This document shows, one piece after another, positions 54,833 to 59,393 of a DNA stretch of 59,393 nucleotides (position 1 is its first letter; every line of letters starts with the position of its first letter). The position numbers and the translations under genes were made by a program. The notes beneath the pieces are model-generated. The model was given only the letters and a program-made list of their open reading frames with translations. It had not been told where the DNA came from and ran no database searches. This stretch comes from Janthinobacterium lividum (GTDB lineage Bacteria > Acidobacteriota > Terriglobia > Terriglobales > Acidobacteriaceae), in contig JBPBPZ010000355.1 of assembly GCA_050954525.1 (NCBI GenBank), forward strand, positions 1 to 59,393. The letters are read 5' to 3'.

Positions 54833-55426
54833 TCAGAAGCCTGCAAGTTCACGGGAGCGGAGCAGTGCAGTTACTGCTCGCAGCGCGGTGTCCCAGCGTT
54901 CTGAGGCCTCTGTCGCATCGACTCCGACTGCCTTGACGTACAGCGTCACCGCGAAACCTTCGGCAACCGCCCCATCCAGTTCGACCACAGCCGGTCGGAC
55001 AATGCATTCCACTTTGGCAAGGGAGTAGGGCAGGTCGGCAGCTAAGCGATCCATACGGTACAGCATGCCTTCCACGCGGTGGCGCGAGGTAAACACCCCA
55101 CGGTCACGCCATAAGATATCGATGTAGCTGGTGAACCCTGCGGCTGCAACTTCCTCGTCCAGCATCAAATCGTGCCGCGTGGCTTCCAACTCGTCGGCAT
55201 CCATCGGCCAGGCGTCGCACTTGGCGGTGAACACAGGCGAGCGCATACCGTTCAAAGCCCGCAGCGACGACAGCAATGCCGGGTACTCGTCCGCTTCTGA
55301 AATGCTGTCCAGCGCGTCGGCATTATCGCGGAGGTCGACCCACTGCAGCGATCCGTCCGGCGAACTCCACGGCACCACCAACACAGGGTCGTCTTCACCG
55401 CATTCCGCGCTCCATTCGCTCAACAT
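54833..55426 (-). CDS. Hypothetical protein
   Basis: Overlaps the end of the upstream hydrolase gene; acidic; FTAKCDAW motif; no family recognised. Confidence 0.7.
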   Translation of the reverse strand: MLSEWSAECGEDDPVLVVPWSSPDGSLQWVDLRDNADALDSISEADEYPALLSSLRALNGMRSPVFTAKCDAWPMDADELEATRHDLMLDEEVAAAGFTSYIDILWRDRGVFTSRHRVEGMLYRMDRLAADLPYSLAKVECIVRPAVVELDGAVAEGFAVTLYVKAVGVDATEASERWDTALRAVTALLRSRELAGF

Positions 55427-56493
55427 GCCGCTACCTCAGTGGTCGTAGCAGCCGCGGCAAGTTCCTGCACAAAGCGCAGCAGGGCGCGTTCAGCCCAGTA
55501 GCCGTCATAGCCTTCCGCCGGGTCTTCCAGGAATGCACAGTGGCCTCCGTGCGCAGGTTCCAGCAATTGAATGTTTGGGTTTGTCTGTAATTTTGTGCGC
55601 GTGTTCACAGTCAGGCGAATGAACGGATCATCCAGGGCGTGCAGGATGAGCGTCGGAACTGCGACCGACTGCAAAACGCGAGCACTGCCCGAACGTGCGT
55701 AGTAGTCATCCGCTCCGTCAAAGCCGCAGTAAGGGGTCATGGCGAACTCGTCAAAGTCACGGATGGATTGCACGCGTTCAATGCGACGCGGATCGAACAC
55801 AGCAGGGTACAGCTTTGCCTTGAGCCGATAGCGCAGCAGCAGGTTGCGCAGAAAACGTCGCTCGTAGATGCGATTGGTCCAATGGTGCAGCGCATCGGCA
55901 CTCTCGCCCAAATCTACTGGCGGTGAAACGGCTACAACGCCGATCAACTCGGGTGGCGCACCTGCGCCAAGCTCCCCCGCGGCTTTTAGTACCAGGTTGC
56001 CGCCCATGCTGTAGCCTGCCAAAACCACGCGGGTGCAGCCACGCGCAACCAGCCAATGCAGCACGGCTACGGCGTCGCCCGACATACCCGAGTGGTACAG
56101 CGTCGGCGAAAGTGCGTCTGTGCTGCCGCAGTTTCGCATGTTCATGCGAACCACGTTGCAGCCCGCCGCATACAGCCGGTTCGCATTACCCACCACGTAC
56201 TGCGAGTGCGACGAACCCTCAAGGCCATGCACCAGGACAACTGTTGTTGCCTGCTTAAGATCCTGCTGCCAATGGCAGTGGCATAGCACCTTGCTGGGCA
56301 GCAGGCGGTCCAGCGCGACCGCTTGGGGCAGGTGCAGCATCTCTTCTGGCAAAGGGACCGGCACCAGTTCTGCCGTTGCAGGTGGAAGACGATCCACACG
56401 CGGCAGAAAGTTGCCGACAATGGTTTGCAGGTGCCCATTGCGCAGCCAGCGTCGGGGGCGGAACGTCTCGAAAGGTGTGCGCGCAGCGTCCAA
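55420..56493 (-). CDS. YheT-family alpha/beta hydrolase
   Basis: NGHLQTI, HGLEGSS, GYSMGG, DDPF, GGHCAF. Confidence 0.9.
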   Translation of the reverse strand: MDAARTPFETFRPRRWLRNGHLQTIVGNFLPRVDRLPPATAELVPVPLPEEMLHLPQAVALDRLLPSKVLCHCHWQQDLKQATTVVLVHGLEGSSHSQYVVGNANRLYAAGCNVVRMNMRNCGSTDALSPTLYHSGMSGDAVAVLHWLVARGCTRVVLAGYSMGGNLVLKAAGELGAGAPPELIGVVAVSPPVDLGESADALHHWTNRIYERRFLRNLLLRYRLKAKLYPAVFDPRRIERVQSIRDFDEFAMTPYCGFDGADDYYARSGSARVLQSVAVPTLILHALDDPFIRLTVNTRTKLQTNPNIQLLEPAHGGHCAFLEDPAEGYDGYWAERALLRFVQELAAAATTTEVAAC

Positions 56494-56597
56494 GGTGATC
56501 TTCTATTCGATCACACTTCCGCACCTCGCTTAAAGCGCGACCCACGCATCCACTACAAGGCCTACTTCGTCACAACGTGCGGTATGGATTCTGGGGC

Positions 56598-58559
56598 TTA
56601 CCGCAAACCGGTTGCAAGCAGGGCTGTGGGAATGTGCCTCCGCTTCGCAGGCGCTGTTCTGGCCTGCTGCAGCGTGCGCGACGGCTCCACGTGCGGGGCA
56701 GGATCGTTGCGCGGCCCAGGCAGGCCCAGGTAGCGGCGATACACACTCAGGTGGAAGCAGGCCTGCTGAAACTCTTCTTCCACATCGATCTTGCCCGAGC
56801 TCTCGATTGGTGTCAGGTAGCTGCGCATCCACGCAATTTCCGTGACGCTCATGCCGTGCTTGGCAACGTCAATGGCCTGGCCATACAGGTGTGGCGACGC
56901 GATCTCGCCCGTTGGCGGGGCTGCGTTGCCGTTGGTCAAAACCAAGCGCCGCTGGAACGCTACGGTCCGCACCGCAGAGGTCACAATCAACGGCGTATGG
57001 AAGCGGGCGTAGTGCGCGCGGGAAAGATCGTTCAGGAAGCGGATGGCCCAGGGCCGTGCGTAGCGACGGTTCAGCGGCAGGCGACCGTCGGGCTGCATGC
57101 CTTCATCGTCAGGCAGGGCTACCAGCAACTTCAATCGGCGCATGTCCAGCAATTGGTTGTCGTCTTCCACCCGGTCCAGACCGTCTGCGACGGCCATCTG
57201 GTTCTGGTGCACTAGGATCTCGTGCGATCCCTTCATGGCAGGCAGCAGGATCAGCTTGCCTGCCTCGTCGTACAGGTTCACCTTGACCAGCGGTCCACCC
57301 GCAAGGTCCACGTTGTAACCGCCGCCCGTCGCAGGCGTAAGGGCTGACTTCGACAGCGCATCGGTGCCTGCATTGCCGGCCGCCAGGGTGACAATCTTCC
57401 TGCCTGCCGCGGAAGAGTCGGCATCGGGGTCCAGGGCCTGTTGCGCCATGCCGTCTGCCACTGCAGGATCAAGCTTCGGCTTTTTTGCAGAGGCATTGAT
57501 TGCGTTGGCTGCCGGTGCTGGCGATCGAAGGATGGGTGCCGGCTTGGGTGTAGCGAGGCTGTCAGAAAGGGCCACATGCACCGGCACAGGTCCGCGGCCT
57601 GCGCCAGCGGAAAGCACTTCTGCGTCGCCACGCGAGTCAATGTGAGTGACTGCTGGCGTGTCCGCCTTGCGGGCGAGAACACCAGTTCTCGGAGCGTTAG
57701 TGGCCGCGCCCGCAAGCAGATCGCCATGCACAAACGGTGCAGGCTCCCGTTCCGTCGGAGCTGTACTTGGGATGTTGCTGGCTTCGGCAAAGGCTGCATC
57801 GTCGTCTGCGGTGCTTTGCGGCTTGCTTGCTGAAACGGTCGAGCGTAGATTTGCGGGTGCCTTCTGCTGTGCCTCTGCAGGCGGAGTCGTTGCTTTCTGC
57901 TGCGGCAGCGGGTCTGGCTTTGCCGTGCCCAACCGAGACGCAGCAACTGCTTTGAGTACAGGAGCCGGAGCTTCTGTCGAAGGCTCGTCGCTCTCAGGCT
58001 GCTGCAATGGCACGGCTGCGACCTCAGGGTCCGTATGGCGTGCCTTGTACCAGGCATGGACGCGATCTTCGGTGGAGCGATCGGCTACCGCGTCGGCGTC
58101 ACGACGGCGAGATGGCGTAATGTCCGGGTGCTGCTTCACCCACGAAGATAGCGGCTGCAGTGTTTCTCGCGACTCTGGGGCTGAGCGGGACCGCCCGTGA
58201 GATGGCGGAGCGACCTCGTGAGTTCTTACCGGCAGCATGTGCCCGGCGCGCCCGTGCAAAGCCGTTTGCCGCCCCGGCTTCTGCGCCGAAAGGACTACTT
58301 CATGGCGCTGCGAAGGAGCTGTTCGAGCGTTCGTTTTCAATCGCGCAGCATGAGCCGCAACAGCATGCGTTCCCACGGCGTGGGTCTTGGCCGCCGGATG
58401 CGGCGCGGTTGCCGTATGGCGCACAACAGCACGCGCGCACGGCAGCATGGTGGCTGCAAGTGCAAGCGTCATCGCGCCAGCGTGAACGCAGGTGCGTGAG
58501 AAGCCGAACTTGTTTTCGAATGCGGACATGGTTGTGGCTGGCCGCGGAAAATCAAACAT
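56598..58559 (-). CDS. DUF5715-like protein: long disordered N-region plus C-terminal M15/LAS-like zinc peptidase fold
   Basis: Signal-like N-terminus; C-terminal VTSAVRT, SPHLYGQAIDV, EEEFQQACFH. Confidence 0.7.
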   Translation of the reverse strand: MFDFPRPATTMSAFENKFGFSRTCVHAGAMTLALAATMLPCARAVVRHTATAPHPAAKTHAVGTHAVAAHAARLKTNARTAPSQRHEVVLSAQKPGRQTALHGRAGHMLPVRTHEVAPPSHGRSRSAPESRETLQPLSSWVKQHPDITPSRRRDADAVADRSTEDRVHAWYKARHTDPEVAAVPLQQPESDEPSTEAPAPVLKAVAASRLGTAKPDPLPQQKATTPPAEAQQKAPANLRSTVSASKPQSTADDDAAFAEASNIPSTAPTEREPAPFVHGDLLAGAATNAPRTGVLARKADTPAVTHIDSRGDAEVLSAGAGRGPVPVHVALSDSLATPKPAPILRSPAPAANAINASAKKPKLDPAVADGMAQQALDPDADSSAAGRKIVTLAAGNAGTDALSKSALTPATGGGYNVDLAGGPLVKVNLYDEAGKLILLPAMKGSHEILVHQNQMAVADGLDRVEDDNQLLDMRRLKLLVALPDDEGMQPDGRLPLNRRYARPWAIRFLNDLSRAHYARFHTPLIVTSAVRTVAFQRRLVLTNGNAAPPTGEIASPHLYGQAIDVAKHGMSVTEIAWMRSYLTPIESSGKIDVEEEFQQACFHLSVYRRYLGLPGPRNDPAPHVEPSRTLQQARTAPAKRRHIPTALLATGLR

Positions 58560-58742
58560 CAGAGCTTCTTCAGGCTAGGCTGCGCCCGGGCGAAAGGGAA
58601 GTGACCAATCTGATGCGTGTCCATCCGGTTACTTCCACCGTGTGCACATCCGTACGGTCCCACTTTGCATGGAAAGAATGACCCAGGGGACTCTGCACAC
58701 TCTCCGCGTACCCTGAGAGTGGGAGCTGAACCGCTGCGAGAC

Positions 58743-59168
58743 ATGGAACACAGGTGTGCAAATCTGCTGCGGGCAATGCCACTGGCAGCCCTGCTACTGC
58801 TGGCAGGCTGTGGCCCTGCGGCCGAGCCGCCCACCTTTCATCCGTCCACGCCGGCTGAAGCTGCAGCTCTGAGCTACTTCACGGGCTCGGTCAAGCCGAT
58901 TTTGCAGTCCAGCTGCAACCGCTGCCACGCCGGTCTAAACCACAAAGGCGGCTTCAACCTAAGCAACCGCCAGCTATTGCTGAAGGGTGGCAACCATGGA
59001 GTTGCGGTCGTTCCGGGTCACCCAGAAAGTAGCCTGCTGGTGCGCCTTATACGGCACGAGGGTCCTACCGACCACCCCATGCCCATGCCGCAGAAAGGCA
59101 AGCTGTCGGACGATGAAATCGCTGCGCTTACCCGCTGGGTACAGGACGGCGCCATCATGGATCGGTAG
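58743..59168 (+). CDS. Planctomycete-type cytochrome c domain lipoprotein
   Basis: Lipobox LLAG-C; VKPILQSSCNRCH, KGGFNL, VVPGHPESSLL, MP, LTRWVQDGA. Confidence 0.85.
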   Translation: MEHRCANLLRAMPLAALLLLAGCGPAAEPPTFHPSTPAEAAALSYFTGSVKPILQSSCNRCHAGLNHKGGFNLSNRQLLLKGGNHGVAVVPGHPESSLLVRLIRHEGPTDHPMPMPQKGKLSDDEIAALTRWVQDGAIMDR

Positions 59169-59206
59169 CTCGCAAGGTGCGTGCGGCTAAGGCACTGACG
59201 CTTGGA

Positions 59207-59392
59207 TCAGGCGAGTTCGCCGCTGGACTCTGCCTGCAGCGCGTCCAGAAATGACCGCAGGGCCGCGACACGGGGCGCGGCAAGCACCTCGGCCTGTGGT
59301 AACTGGATCTGCCCGGGGACTGTGCGTAGCGCCTTCTCCAGCGAAGCCGCGGCATCGGCAAAGGTGATGAAGCGGCTGTCCTGCGCAATCTT
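59207..59392 (-). CDS. C-terminal fragment of a gene running off the window (helical, possibly HD-domain-like tail)
   Basis: Open frame KIAQDSRFITFADAAASLEKALR...LRSFLDALQAESSGELA* from the window end; product uncertain. Confidence 0.5.
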   Translation of the reverse strand, partial: KIAQDSRFITFADAAASLEKALRTVPGQIQLPQAEVLAAPRVAALRSFLDALQAESSGELA

Positions 59393-59393
59393 T

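Noticed and set aside
5220-58742. Longest-ORF starts in the track (5220, 7720, 9716, 11072, 11404, 14045, 19339, 26298, 32267, 35716, 40790, 43439, 43996, 58617)
   Set aside because: The extensions overlap neighbours or REP elements, or precede obvious signal peptides/RBSs; downstream starts were used instead.

Overview
A GC-rich chromosomal window that is very probably from an Acidobacteriota (Terriglobia/Terriglobus-like) genome. The taxonomy is inferred from the Oar-type TonB receptor, the YXWGXW protein, the He_PIG surface protein and the GTCATCCTGAGC-type repeats. About 50 CDSs and two tRNAs (Ala-GGC, Arg-UCU) are supported. I saw no CRISPR array, integrase, transposase or phage genes. 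Left part: a 5'-truncated Ig-repeat surface protein plus a small beta-barrel, an S9 peptidase, an RlmI-like methyltransferase, osmC, mutY, an orphan LytTR regulator, moeA/moaC, and a yggX-hemE-hemH-hemY operon. It also holds a divergent DNA-repair pair (lhr helicase + a 56-aa Cys-rich ORF / spore-photoproduct lyase) with a GTTC-N7-GTTC LexA-type box between them, then kdsC, FUSC, MFS, murQ and an ECF/anti-sigma pair. An 18-kb accessory-looking block lies between the two inward-pointing tRNAs. It contains a sugar ABC transporter with a permease-SBP fusion, a PQQ/lanthanide-associated-type beta-propeller with cytochrome c, two more ECF/anti-sigma pairs and two TonB-dependent receptors. Most notable observations: (1) the same 37-bp REP-like DNA element is inserted twice inside lhr and translated in two different frames; (2) a putative SOS-controlled lhr/DUF5522/splB repair module; (3) an anti-sigma factor whose extracytoplasmic domain is a degenerate HNH-like fold, inside a beta-propeller/cytochrome c/TonB-receptor module. 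All family assignments come from motif recognition by eye, not database searches.
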